In this document: piece by piece, positions 33,217-42,799 of the stretch
How the letters are laid out: each line of letters begins with the position of its first letter
Position numbering within the stretch: the stretch's first letter is position 1
From: an uncultured Haloferula sp.
GTDB taxonomy: Bacteria > Verrucomicrobiota > Verrucomicrobiia > Verrucomicrobiales > Akkermansiaceae
NCBI GenBank assembly: GCA_965652295.1
Contig: CBFGTS010000010.1
Span: 120,544-184,543, forward strand
DNA: 64,000 nt
Reading direction: 5' to 3'
Notes under the pieces: generated by a model
Databases searched by the model: none
The model's input: only the letters and a program-made list of their open reading frames with translations
What the model was told of the DNA's origin: nothing
Position numbers and translations under genes: made by a program

Positions 33217-33322
33217 CTTTCAGTGTTCAGCTTTCAGGAGCTGGATAGGTGTGGTTCAGGGCCTGATGTCAGTGCCACAGTCTCGGAGTTGCTGAAAACT
33301 GAACACTGACGAACTGAAAACT
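33217..33322. repeat. Inverted pair of heptamer tandem arrays between sufB and sufD
   Basis: CTTTCAG-TGTTCAG-CTTTCAG (33217-33237) opposite CTGAAAA-CTGAACA-CTGACGAA-CTGAAAA (33292-33320). 17/18 complementary core. Confidence 0.85.
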
Positions 33323-33323
33323 C

Positions 33324-34760
33324 TCATCCGACCGAGCCCTCCATTTCGAGGTCGATGAGTCGCTTGAGTTCGACGGAGTATTCCATGGGGAACTCGCGGA
33401 CGAGGTCGTTGATGAATCCGTTCACGGCGAGGGACATGGCGTGGCCTTCGTCGATGCCGCGCTGCTGCATGTAGAAGAGCATTTCCTCGGACACCTGCGA
33501 GACGCTGGCCTCGTGCTGGGTGGCGTGCTGGTTGCCCTTCACGGTGATCGCCGGGTAGGTGTCGGTGCGGCTGTGGGAGTTGATCAACAGCGCGTCGCAC
33601 TCGGTGTTGTTCTTGCAGCCCTTGAGGTGCTTCGGGATGTGGACCTGGCCGCGGTAGGTCGAGCGGCCTTCGCCGACGGAGATCGACTTCGAGACGACGT
33701 TCGAGGTGGTGTTGTTGGCGGCGTGGATCATCTTCGCACCGGTGTCCTGATGCTGGCCGGAGTTGGCGAGGGCGATCGAAATCACCTCGCCGCGGGCGCG
33801 TTCGCCCTTCATGACGACGCCGGGGTATTTCATCGTCAGGCGGGAGCCGATGTTGCAATCGATCCAGCGGACTTCGGCATCCTCCATGGCGAGGCCGCGC
33901 TTGGTGACGAGGTTGTAAACGTTGCTGCTCCAGTTCTGGACGGTGACGTACTGGATCTTCGCGCCCTTGAGGGCGACCAGCTCGACGACCGCCGAGTGGA
34001 GGGTGGAGGTTTCGAATTTCGGAGCGGTGCAGCCTTCCATGTACATCACCTCGGCACCTTCGTCGGCGATGATGAGCGTGCGCTCGAACTGGCCGAAGGA
34101 CTCCGAGTTGATGCGGAAGTAGGCTTGCAGCGGCTGCTTCAGCTTCACGCCCTTCGGGATGTAGATGAACGACCCGCCGGAAAAGACGGCGCTGTTGAGC
34201 GCGGAGAACTTGTTGTCGCCGGTCGGGATGACTTTTCCAAACCACGGGCGGAAGATGTCCTCGTATTCCTTCAGTCCTTCGGTCGAGTTCACGAAGATCA
34301 CGCCCTGCTTGGTCAGCTCCTCCTTCATGTTGGAGTAGGTGGCCTCGGAATCATACTGGGCTTCGACGCCGGCGAGGAACGCGCGTTCCTGTTCGGGAAT
34401 GCCGAGGCGCTCGAAGGTTTCGAGCACTTCCGGCGGCACCTCGTCCCACGAGCGCTTCGGCTTCTCTCCATCGGAGAGGTAGTAGCGGATGGCGTCGAAG
34501 TTGATGTTGTTCAGGTCCTCGGTGGCCCAGTTGGTGGGCATCGGCTTTTCGAGGAAGGTTTTGAGCGCCTTGTGACGGAACTCGCGGACCCAATCGGGGT
34601 CCTGCTTGACGTCGGAAATGTAATCGACGGTGCGCTCGGTCAATCCACGGCCGGCATCGTACTTGTGCTTCTCGGGAAACTTGAAGTCGCCCTTGGAGCG
34701 GTCGATGTCGATCGCGGTGCGGGTTTCCTGATCGAGGGTGGTGGAAGAATCGTAGCTCAT
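33324..34760 (-). CDS. sufB: Fe-S cluster assembly protein SufB
   Basis: [54 protein letters not shown]. Confidence 0.97.
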   Translation of the reverse strand: MSYDSSTTLDQETRTAIDIDRSKGDFKFPEKHKYDAGRGLTERTVDYISDVKQDPDWVREFRHKALKTFLEKPMPTNWATEDLNNINFDAIRYYLSDGEKPKRSWDEVPPEVLETFERLGIPEQERAFLAGVEAQYDSEATYSNMKEELTKQGVIFVNSTEGLKEYEDIFRPWFGKVIPTGDNKFSALNSAVFSGGSFIYIPKGVKLKQPLQAYFRINSESFGQFERTLIIADEGAEVMYMEGCTAPKFETSTLHSAVVELVALKGAKIQYVTVQNWSSNVYNLVTKRGLAMEDAEVRWIDCNIGSRLTMKYPGVVMKGERARGEVISIALANSGQHQDTGAKMIHAANNTTSNVVSKSISVGEGRSTYRGQVHIPKHLKGCKNNTECDALLINSHSRTDTYPAITVKGNQHATQHEASVSQVSEEMLFYMQQRGIDEGHAMSLAVNGFINDLVREFPMEYSVELKRLIDLEMEGSVG

Positions 34761-34782
34761 GGCTTGAGTGGAATGGAGGCGG

Positions 34783-34804
34783 GGCGGATGCAATCCGCCG
34801 CCAC
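34783..34804 (-). repeat. REP-like palindrome (GTGG foot) between sufC and sufB
   Basis: Minus strand reads GTGGCGGCGGATTGCATCCGCC. Confidence 0.55.
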
Positions 34805-34808
34805 GGGT

Positions 34809-35561
<753 letters not shown>

Positions 35562-35570
35562 GGGAAGAAG

Positions 35571-35598
35571 TTGTCAGTTGAAAGTTTTCAGTGTTCAG
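35571..35598. repeat. Heptamer tandem array between the Fur-family gene and sufC
   Basis: TTGTCAG-TTGAAAG-TTTTCAG-TGTTCAG, same family as the 33217-33322 arrays. Includes the stop codon of the Fur-family gene. Confidence 0.75.
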
Positions 35599-36029
35599 GA
35601 AGAAGGGAGTTCGCCGCGGAGGGTGATTTCGATGTCGGTGATGACGGTGCCGGCGGGCAGGTCGAGCACGTCGGCGAGGTTGACGCCGGGCTTGAAGACC
35701 ACGTCGTGGATCGAGCCCGATTTCCGGTCGTGGAAATGACCGTGCTCTTCAAGGTTCGGGCAGAAGCGCGAAGGTTCGCGGTCGAAATTCACCTGGCGGA
35801 CGACGCCGTGCTCGGTCAGAGCCTCCAGACAGTTGTAAACCGTGGCCAGCGAGATGTTTGGCAGCCGGTCCTTGATCCGCATGAAAACCTCGTTGGCCGT
35901 GGGGTGGTCACGTTGGCCCATCAAGAGCCGGTAAACCTCCCAGCGCTGCTTGGTCATGCGCAGGCCGGCGATCTCCGACGGCATTTCTCCGTTGGGATCG
36001 GGCTTGAAGTTTTGTGCGGGAGCGACCAT
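35595..36029 (-). CDS. Fur-family transcriptional regulator (PerR/Irr-like)
   Basis: GLRMTKQR, DHPTANEV, ISLATVYNCL, HGHFHD. No C-terminal CxxC motifs. Confidence 0.9.
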   Translation of the reverse strand: MVAPAQNFKPDPNGEMPSEIAGLRMTKQRWEVYRLLMGQRDHPTANEVFMRIKDRLPNISLATVYNCLEALTEHGVVRQVNFDREPSRFCPNLEEHGHFHDRKSGSIHDVVFKPGVNLADVLDLPAGTVITDIEITLRGELPSS

Positions 36030-36066
36030 GGGCGTGGGCGGAAATTAGGACGGCTTCGAACAAGAG

Positions 36067-36083
36067 CAAGAATTATTCTAATT
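36067..36083. promoter_or_regulatory. Putative Fur-family (Per/ICE-like) operator
   Basis: AT-rich palindrome AGAAT-T-ATTCT (minus strand TTAGAATAATTCTTG) about 40 nt upstream of the regulator start. Confidence 0.6.
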
Positions 36084-36100
36084 TTAAGCCCTGCTTTCCT

Positions 36101-37522
36101 TCACCGTCGCCGCTCGACGACGTAGTCGGCGAGGATCTTGATCTGAGCGGGACTGAGAAAGGCGGAGGAGGGCGGCATGCCCAGCATGGGAAGGCCTTCG
36201 GAAATCACCCGCTGGAGATCATCGTCGGATCTGGCGTGCTGCCATTCGCCCTCCAGGAGATTGCGCTGCAGGCCGCCTTTGAGCTCAGGGCCGTGACAAG
36301 ATGCACAGGCGACGGTGATCAGGGTGGAGGGGTCCGTGGTGGAGGGAGTGAGTCTTGCCGCCGGTGTACTCGTCTGCTCGGAAGGAGTTTCCACCGTGCC
36401 GTCAGGATCGGCTACGATGCGGATGATGCGGTCGTTCGGTTCGGAGCCATGGGCCTCCGGCGGGTCGAACATCGAGGTGGAGAGCCACAGCGAGCCGTCG
36501 GGTGCCTCGGCGACGAAACGAATCCGCCCCCATTTTTCATGCCAGAGCCGATCGAGCCCGGTAGGGTGGCCCTCGCCGTCCAGGACGATCCGGTAGACCG
36601 CCGAGCCGCGCAGGCAGGCGAGGAGGAGGGTGCCGCGGAGTTCTGGAAAAGCAGTGCCTTGATAGAAGAGCAGCCTGCCTGGGCCGACGGCGGGGCTCAT
36701 TTCGATCAGCGGCGCGCGCATGCCTCCGGCTTTGCGGGAGTGGGAGATGACGGGCCAGCCGTAGTTCGCCCCTTTCTCGATCAGGTTGAGCTCGTCGCCG
36801 TGATTCGGTCCGTGCTCGGACTCATAGAGGCGACCTGTTCCGGGCTGGAACGCGATGCCTTGGGGATTGCGGTGACCGTAGGACCAGATCTCCGCGCGTC
36901 GCTCGGTCCGGCCGACGAAAGGATTGTCTTCTGGGATGGTGCCGTCCGGATTGAGGCGGAGGACCTTTCCATGAAGTCGATTGAGGTCCTGGCTGCGAGG
37001 CGGATCGTTCGCGTCGCCCGTCGTGATCCAGAGCTTCCCATCCGGTCCGAATTCCAGCCGGCATCCGGTATGGTTCTCCCACGCGGGGATGCCTTCGATG
37101 ATGGTCTTCGGTGCGATGAGTCGATTCCCGGCGAGGCGATACCTTTCGACCCGAAGCTCATAGCGGTCGGAGCCGACCTCGCGGTTCCAGGCGATGAACA
37201 CCTGGTCGTCGCTTTCGAAGTGCGGGGAGACCGCGAGTCCCAGCAGACCCATCTTGATCCGGGCCGCCACATTGAGGGTCAGGGCCGGCTCTTCGAGCAG
37301 ATCTCCGTTTTCAATGATCCGCACCCGGCCGGCCCGCTCGGTGAAAATCTGGCGGCCATCCGGAAGAAAGCGGATTTCCCAGGGAACCCGCAGGTCGGTC
37401 GCGATCGTTTCGATGCGATGGGGTGTGACCAGAGCGGCATCGGTCGGATCGGCGACCAGCATCGCGGCGCCCCAGCCTGGGAGCGGAACAAGCAACAGGG
37501 TGAGCCGGAGCCACTGAGACAT
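36101..37522 (-). CDS. PQQ-dependent sugar dehydrogenase (GSDH/Asd family) with C-terminal cytochrome c
   Basis: Signal peptide, PWEIRFLPDG, WSYGHRNPQG, EHGP..GDELN, NYGWP, then CASCH...LGMPP. Confidence 0.9.
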   Translation of the reverse strand: MSQWLRLTLLLVPLPGWGAAMLVADPTDAALVTPHRIETIATDLRVPWEIRFLPDGRQIFTERAGRVRIIENGDLLEEPALTLNVAARIKMGLLGLAVSPHFESDDQVFIAWNREVGSDRYELRVERYRLAGNRLIAPKTIIEGIPAWENHTGCRLEFGPDGKLWITTGDANDPPRSQDLNRLHGKVLRLNPDGTIPEDNPFVGRTERRAEIWSYGHRNPQGIAFQPGTGRLYESEHGPNHGDELNLIEKGANYGWPVISHSRKAGGMRAPLIEMSPAVGPGRLLFYQGTAFPELRGTLLLACLRGSAVYRIVLDGEGHPTGLDRLWHEKWGRIRFVAEAPDGSLWLSTSMFDPPEAHGSEPNDRIIRIVADPDGTVETPSEQTSTPAARLTPSTTDPSTLITVACASCHGPELKGGLQRNLLEGEWQHARSDDDLQRVISEGLPMLGMPPSSAFLSPAQIKILADYVVERRR

Positions 37523-37638
37523 GCTCAAGCTTCCCAGTTCTTCGGCGATAGATCGATAGGAAAGCTGCCACCGTGGAACTTTCGGAAAAGAATGGAACGG
37601 ACAGACGCGGTCGAGTCTGTTGTCATGGACGTGATTTC

Positions 37639-38913
37639 ATGAAAGCCCTGCACCTCATTCCCCCCGTTCTTGCGCTTGTTGGCGTGGGATTCTGGCTTGG
37701 ATCCACTCAAGTGAAGATCAGGCAGGTGGAGGATAAGACACTGCTCCTGCGGAAGCGCATCGCGGAGCCTCGGGAAACAGGGGCCTCTCACGACACGGGG
37801 CAGCTCCAGGCAGGAAGCGATGGCGGGTCCTCGGCAACGAAGTCATTGGATTGGGCGGAAATCGGCGAGGCTCTGACGACCAGCCAGCGAGGCGGCGTGC
37901 CGGACCTCCGCTCGCTCATGAAGATGCAGGCGAAGTTGATGGAAATGGACCGGGATGAATTCATCACCGCCCTTGAGGAAATCGCGGCGCTCGATTTACC
38001 CGCGGAGACTCGCCAGGGTCTGGAACAGATGTTGGTTGCCCACCTGGTGGAGAAGGAGCCGCAGCTGGTGCTCGATCGCTTCCTCGACCGCATCCATGAC
38101 TCGCGGGGCATCGCGATCACGTGGAGCCTTGCCCAGGCATTCGGAAATTGGATCGGGAAAGATCCGGCCGCAGCAAAAGCGTGGTTCGACGAGCGCATCG
38201 AGGCTGGCGATTTCGACAGCAGGTCGCTCGACGGTCGGAACGACGCCCGCCTGCGCTTCGAGAGCACCTTCATCGGGAAGCTGCTGGAATCCGATCCAGC
38301 TGCGGCCGCCGCGCGCTTGAACGAACTCCCGGAAGAACAGCGCGCCGATGTTTTCCGCCAAGGTGGCTTTTCCATGCTGAAGGAGGGAAGCGAGATGGAT
38401 TTCGCGGCGCTGGTGAGGGAACACATCCCGGAAGACGAGCGCGGTGTGGTGCTGTCGCAGGGCATGGCCTTGAAGCTGCATCAGGGCGGCTATGAGGCGG
38501 TCAGCGCGTTTCTCGACAAGATCGATGCGACCGACGGTGAGCGACAGGAGGTAGCCAAGCATTCCGCCATTCAAAAGCTCCGGAGCCTAACCGGTCCGGG
38601 GACCGAGGTGAAGCGGAGGGACGTCGATGAAATGCGGGCGTGGTTGGCGAAAGAATCTCCCGAGCAGGCCAGCCGGGTCACCGGCGAGGCGCTCGGCAGC
38701 CTCTGGACGGGTGACTTCGAGCAGCGCGCCCAAGTGGTTGAGGAGTTGAGCGCGGAGGGCGGCGGAGACGAGGTGCTCGTGGGCTTCATCGAGTCCGGGC
38801 TGATCCATCGGCAGCGGGAACTCGCCCGGCGACTGGCAGAAAAGATCGAGGAGCCCGGAGAGCGCGAGCGCCTGCTGGAACGCATCGGGACTGCTGAAAG
38901 CGAAGAACACTGA
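37639..38913 (+). CDS. Hypothetical membrane-anchored alpha-helical protein (cassette gene A)
   Basis: N-terminal TM segment, repeated DPxxAxxW-type helices. Homologous to 40280..41521. Confidence 0.75.
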   Translation: MKALHLIPPVLALVGVGFWLGSTQVKIRQVEDKTLLLRKRIAEPRETGASHDTGQLQAGSDGGSSATKSLDWAEIGEALTTSQRGGVPDLRSLMKMQAKLMEMDRDEFITALEEIAALDLPAETRQGLEQMLVAHLVEKEPQLVLDRFLDRIHDSRGIAITWSLAQAFGNWIGKDPAAAKAWFDERIEAGDFDSRSLDGRNDARLRFESTFIGKLLESDPAAAAARLNELPEEQRADVFRQGGFSMLKEGSEMDFAALVREHIPEDERGVVLSQGMALKLHQGGYEAVSAFLDKIDATDGERQEVAKHSAIQKLRSLTGPGTEVKRRDVDEMRAWLAKESPEQASRVTGEALGSLWTGDFEQRAQVVEELSAEGGGDEVLVGFIESGLIHRQRELARRLAEKIEEPGERERLLERIGTAESEEH

Positions 38914-38919
38914 AGCGAT

Positions 38920-40197
38920 ATGAAAAGGTCACTCATCATCACGGCGATCATTCTCGTGGCCGGCATCACGGCTGGCTGGCGGAAGCAGGAGGAGTATCGG
39001 AAAGCGCGTGAAGTTCTGACGCAGATCGAGGTCGAGGCCGCCGCCGGGATCTCGATCGACGGCGATGCCGAGGCCCTGGAGCGTGCCGCCAAGATCGCCG
39101 AGCGCGATGACTCTGACGAAGAGGTACGGCAGTTCAGTCGGGAGTTGATCGCCTTCGCCCAGGAAATGGACGAAGCGGAGAAGGCGGGCGAGGCGGGCGA
39201 AGGGATGAAGAAGCGCATGCTCTCGATCTTCCAGCGGTTGCTCGATTTGAAAGGCTCGGATTTCAAGATCCTGGTCGAGGAAGTACGGAACTCCTCGGAG
39301 TTGACGGACGAACAGCGGTCGCAGCTGGTGATGATGTCCACGATGATGCTTGCCCAAAAGCAACCCCGAACCGCGCTGGAGCTGCTTACGGAGTCGGGCG
39401 ACCTTATGGAGCTCGGCCAGATGGAGAAGCACGCTTTGTCGATGGCTTTGGCTTCCTGGGCGGCGGAGGAGCCGCTGGCGGCGTTGAAGTGGATCGAGGA
39501 CAATTCCGAGAAACATGCCGACCTGATCCGCGCCGACGCCCGTCGAGCTGCGGTCGCCGGAGCTGCCGTTCAAGACCCGAAGCTAGCCATCGAGATCGCG
39601 AGAAAGTTGAAGATGGATGAGAACATCAGCTCTTCGTTGGCGGAGACGGCAAAGACTCCGGAGCAACGGACGCGGCTTTTGGCGGCGTTGCGAGAGGAGG
39701 GAGACGAGGATTTGAAAAAGGAAACGCTCGTTTCCCTAGGCGCCAGCCTCTCCAAGGCCGGGTTCGAGTCGGCCACGGCTTGGATCGAAGATGCGGATCT
39801 GAATGAAGAGGAAACGGACCACGTTTCCGACGGCCTCCATTATTGGCAGACTGGAAAGGAGACGGGGAGATGGATCGAGTGGCTGGATGCCTCTCAAGGT
39901 GCGAACCAATCAGATAAGGTGGAACGGCTGATGAAGGATTGGACCGACAACGACTTCCGTACCGCCGGCGAGTGGCTGGCTGCTGCCGAAAGTGGGCCGA
40001 CCAAGCCGGCGGCCGTGGCGGGATACATCGAAGCGGTGGCACCCTATGATCCCGCAGCCGCGGCCAAATGGGTGGCCACCCTGCCCGCAGGCGATCCCCG
40101 CGAGAAGTCCGCGCGGGAGCTTTACCAGCAGTGGAAGGGAAAGGACGCCGAAGCCGCCAGTGCTTTCGCCGAAAAAGAAGGTATCGGCACGGAGTGA
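38920..40197 (+). CDS. Hypothetical membrane-anchored alpha-helical protein (cassette gene B)
   Basis: N-terminal TM segment, WAAEEPLAALKW, WTDNDFRTAGEWL. Homologous to 41530..42798. Confidence 0.78.
   Translation: MKRSLIITAIILVAGITAGWRKQEEYRKAREVLTQIEVEAAAGISIDGDAEALERAAKIAERDDSDEEVRQFSRELIAFAQEMDEAEKAGEAGEGMKKRMLSIFQRLLDLKGSDFKILVEEVRNSSELTDEQRSQLVMMSTMMLAQKQPRTALELLTESGDLMELGQMEKHALSMALASWAAEEPLAALKWIEDNSEKHADLIRADARRAAVAGAAVQDPKLAIEIARKLKMDENISSSLAETAKTPEQRTRLLAALREEGDEDLKKETLVSLGASLSKAGFESATAWIEDADLNEEETDHVSDGLHYWQTGKETGRWIEWLDASQGANQSDKVERLMKDWTDNDFRTAGEWLAAAESGPTKPAAVAGYIEAVAPYDPAAAAKWVATLPAGDPREKSARELYQQWKGKDAEAASAFAEKEGIGTE
39997..40197 (+). repeat. 201-bp direct repeat, copy 1 (3' end of gene B)
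   Basis: Matches 42598..42798 with 16 mismatches by manual alignment, only 4 of them in the first 138 nt. Confidence 0.95.
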
Positions 40198-40279
40198 ATT
40201 CTCCCGGCCGGAGTGCTTCGTGACTTTTCAAAATATGAAGGAGACGAAGGCGGCTTGCCGCGATAGACCCGTGCTCGGC

Positions 40280-41521
40280 GTGAAATCCCGAGATGTTCTA
40301 CCTGCAGCCGTCGTCCTCCTTGTCACCGGGGCGTGGTTGACGGCTCGGAATGGATCGATCCGGGAGGCGAGGGGGCGCATGGATGAGCTTGAGAGACAAA
40401 TCTCTCGAACACCGATTGAGCATGATCGCCGGGTGCAAGCGGAACCGGCGCGAGTCGATTGGATTGCTCTTGAGAAGACGCGCCATCAAGCGGGAACGGG
40501 AAGCACGGATCTGCGGAAAACTGTGCTCGCGCCGAAGTCCAAGCTCCTGCAGTTGGACGGCGCGGGGCTGGCGGCTGCCTATGACGATCTTGTCGAGTGC
40601 GACCTGTCACCCGAGTCGCGAGCGCTCTATGAGCAAATGATCATTGGTGCCGGTGAATTGATTGCGCCCGACTGGGTGTTGAACCGGTTTGCTGACAGGC
40701 TCAATTCGAACGAGGGCCCCACCAACTGCGCATGGTCATTATACAGCGCCTTCGAAAGGGTTCTGGAGTCGGATCCTGCCAAGGCGATGGAGTGGTATGA
40801 GCAACAACGGCAGGAAGGCCGGCTCGGTAGCAAACAGCTGGGAGTGGATTTCGCGGCGGCGAGATACGAAGCCGCCTTGATCAATCGACTGTTGACGCTC
40901 GATCCTGACGCGGCGAAGGCGAGATTCGCTGAGTTGACAGAAGAGGGTCGGAGGCTGAGTTATGATCTCGGCGGAGGGTTCCCCCTAGATGAAGGAGCGG
41001 GTGAGGCGTTCGCCGACATGGTTCGCAGCATCGCGGATGAGGCCGAGCGGGGCGCCTTGCTCGGCGATGGGTGCTCGGAATTGTTTTATCAAAAGGGCTA
41101 CCCGGCGGTGACGGAATATCTGGATCGGATTTCTGCGTCACCCGATGAACGCCTGGGTGTGGCGAACGAGATTGCCAAGAAATGCGTGTCAAACGCAGCA
41201 TGGAACAGAGGACTGGAGGTCGGGGAGTTGAGAGAGATGTGGGACTGGTTACGGAAGGAGTGCCCGGAAGGAGCCGATCAAATCACCGGGCATGCGCTGG
41301 CGTCTGTGACTTGGGAGGGTTACCTCGAGTCGAGGGTCGAAATCATTGAAGAGCTTCGCCGTGATGGTGTGGGGGATGCCATGGTGATGGCCTTCATCGA
41401 GGTGGGAGCAGTTCCTCGCAAATCCGCCGAGGCCCGTCGCTTGGTCGAGCAAATCGAGGATCAGGAATTATTTCGAAACGCCAGCGTGTCCCTCGGGCTG
41501 GTGTTGGAGGAAGACCCGTAG
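40280..41521 (+). CDS. Hypothetical membrane-anchored alpha-helical protein (cassette gene A')
   Basis: GTG 40280 (alternative ATG 40235) followed by a TM segment. Shares EQM, VLxRFxDR, WSLxxAF, DPxxA and ARxxELxEE blocks with gene A. Confidence 0.72.
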   Translation: MKSRDVLPAAVVLLVTGAWLTARNGSIREARGRMDELERQISRTPIEHDRRVQAEPARVDWIALEKTRHQAGTGSTDLRKTVLAPKSKLLQLDGAGLAAAYDDLVECDLSPESRALYEQMIIGAGELIAPDWVLNRFADRLNSNEGPTNCAWSLYSAFERVLESDPAKAMEWYEQQRQEGRLGSKQLGVDFAAARYEAALINRLLTLDPDAAKARFAELTEEGRRLSYDLGGGFPLDEGAGEAFADMVRSIADEAERGALLGDGCSELFYQKGYPAVTEYLDRISASPDERLGVANEIAKKCVSNAAWNRGLEVGELREMWDWLRKECPEGADQITGHALASVTWEGYLESRVEIIEELRRDGVGDAMVMAFIEVGAVPRKSAEARRLVEQIEDQELFRNASVSLGLVLEEDP

Positions 41522-41529
41522 AAGCGCGT

Positions 41530-42798
41530 ATGGAAATTCGCAGTATTCTGGCCTTGGCGGCTCTTGGCATCGGCGGCGTCCTCCTTTGGCGCACCGAGCA
41601 TCAGTATAGGCTGATTCAGGAGAGCCTGCGGGAAATGGAGGCCGGGGCCCGGATCACGTCACCGTGGATGCCGACAGGCATTGATGTCAAAGGTCGGAAG
41701 CTCTCTTTGAGGAAGGGGGAAGGTGATCGGCAAGCAGCGGCCCGGCAGCTGTGCTGGGACTGGATCTCCTTGGAGGCTGCCAAAAAGGCGAAGGTGCCGC
41801 GCGAGTCCGCGCTTCGCAGGGAGCAACAGTGGCTCGCCATTACGCTACGGGTCGGGAATCTCGGTCCTGAAGAGTGGGACGCTTTCCTCGATGAGCTCAA
41901 GAACTTCCCGGAAGTGGAAGAAACAGAGCGTCGGAGTTTGCTGGTGATCGCACTCGGCTTGGTGGGGCAGAGCGATGGAGCGAAGGCTTTGGAGCTATTC
42001 CGGGAACTGTCCCGTGCCGGGGATCCCGGCCTGTCTGCGAAATCCTCGGGGGTTCATGCCATCATGGAACTCGCCACCGAGGATCCCATGAAGGCGGTGG
42101 ATTGGCTGGAAAGGCATGGTGAGCTACTCGACAACGAAGCGAAACGCCAAACCGTCCGGATTGCAGCCAGACAGGACCTCCGGCAGTCGGTAGAAGTCGC
42201 CCGCAGACTCGGCATGGAAAATGAGCTGGGAAGCGCTCTTGGGGAGTCGGCGGAAACTCCCGAAGACCGCGAGAAGGTGGTCGGCTTTCTGCGTGAACAA
42301 GGACGGTCGGAATGGCTCGAACCCGCCTTGGCTTCCATCGGAGCCCGGCTCGCGAACGGGAGCTATGAAGAGTCGATGGCGTGGATCCACTCCATGAATT
42401 TCTCCGATGAAGAATACCGGTCCTTGTCAGAAGGTGTGCACTATTGGACGGCACGACAGGAGACGGGTCAATGGCTCGCCTGGATGGACCGGACGATCGG
42501 CAAGGACGCCTCGCCAAGGGTCACCGATTTGGTTTGGAATTGGACCCGCAACGACTACCTCGCCGCCGGGGAGTGGCTGACCAAGATCGATGACGGACCG
42601 ACCAAGCCAGCGGCCGTGGCGGGATACATCAAAGCGGTGACACCCTATGATCCCGCAGCCGCGGCCAAATGGGTGGCCACCCTGCCCGCAGGCGATCGCC
42701 GCGAGAAGTCCGCGCGGGAGCTTTACCAGCAGTGGAGAGCCCAGGATGAGGAGGCCGCCAAGGCTTTCGCCGAAAAGGAAGGTATCGGCACGGAGTGA
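41530..42798 (+). CDS. Hypothetical membrane-anchored alpha-helical protein (cassette gene B')
   Basis: N-terminal TM segment. GVHYWTARQETGQW vs GLHYWQTGKETGRW in gene B, and a near-identical C-terminus. Confidence 0.78.
   Translation: MEIRSILALAALGIGGVLLWRTEHQYRLIQESLREMEAGARITSPWMPTGIDVKGRKLSLRKGEGDRQAAARQLCWDWISLEAAKKAKVPRESALRREQQWLAITLRVGNLGPEEWDAFLDELKNFPEVEETERRSLLVIALGLVGQSDGAKALELFRELSRAGDPGLSAKSSGVHAIMELATEDPMKAVDWLERHGELLDNEAKRQTVRIAARQDLRQSVEVARRLGMENELGSALGESAETPEDREKVVGFLREQGRSEWLEPALASIGARLANGSYEESMAWIHSMNFSDEEYRSLSEGVHYWTARQETGQWLAWMDRTIGKDASPRVTDLVWNWTRNDYLAAGEWLTKIDDGPTKPAAVAGYIKAVTPYDPAAAAKWVATLPAGDRREKSARELYQQWRAQDEEAAKAFAEKEGIGTE
42598..42798 (+). repeat. 201-bp direct repeat, copy 2 (3' end of gene B')
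   Basis: Offset 2601 bp from copy 1. Both end GGTATCGGCACGGAGTGA. Confidence 0.95.
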
Positions 42799-42799
42799 G

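Noticed and set aside
39997..42798. Diversity-generating retroelement TR/VR interpretation of the 201-bp repeat
   Set aside because: Mismatches are not confined to adenines (C/G and C/T changes occur), both copies are coding gene ends, and there is no reverse transcriptase in the window.
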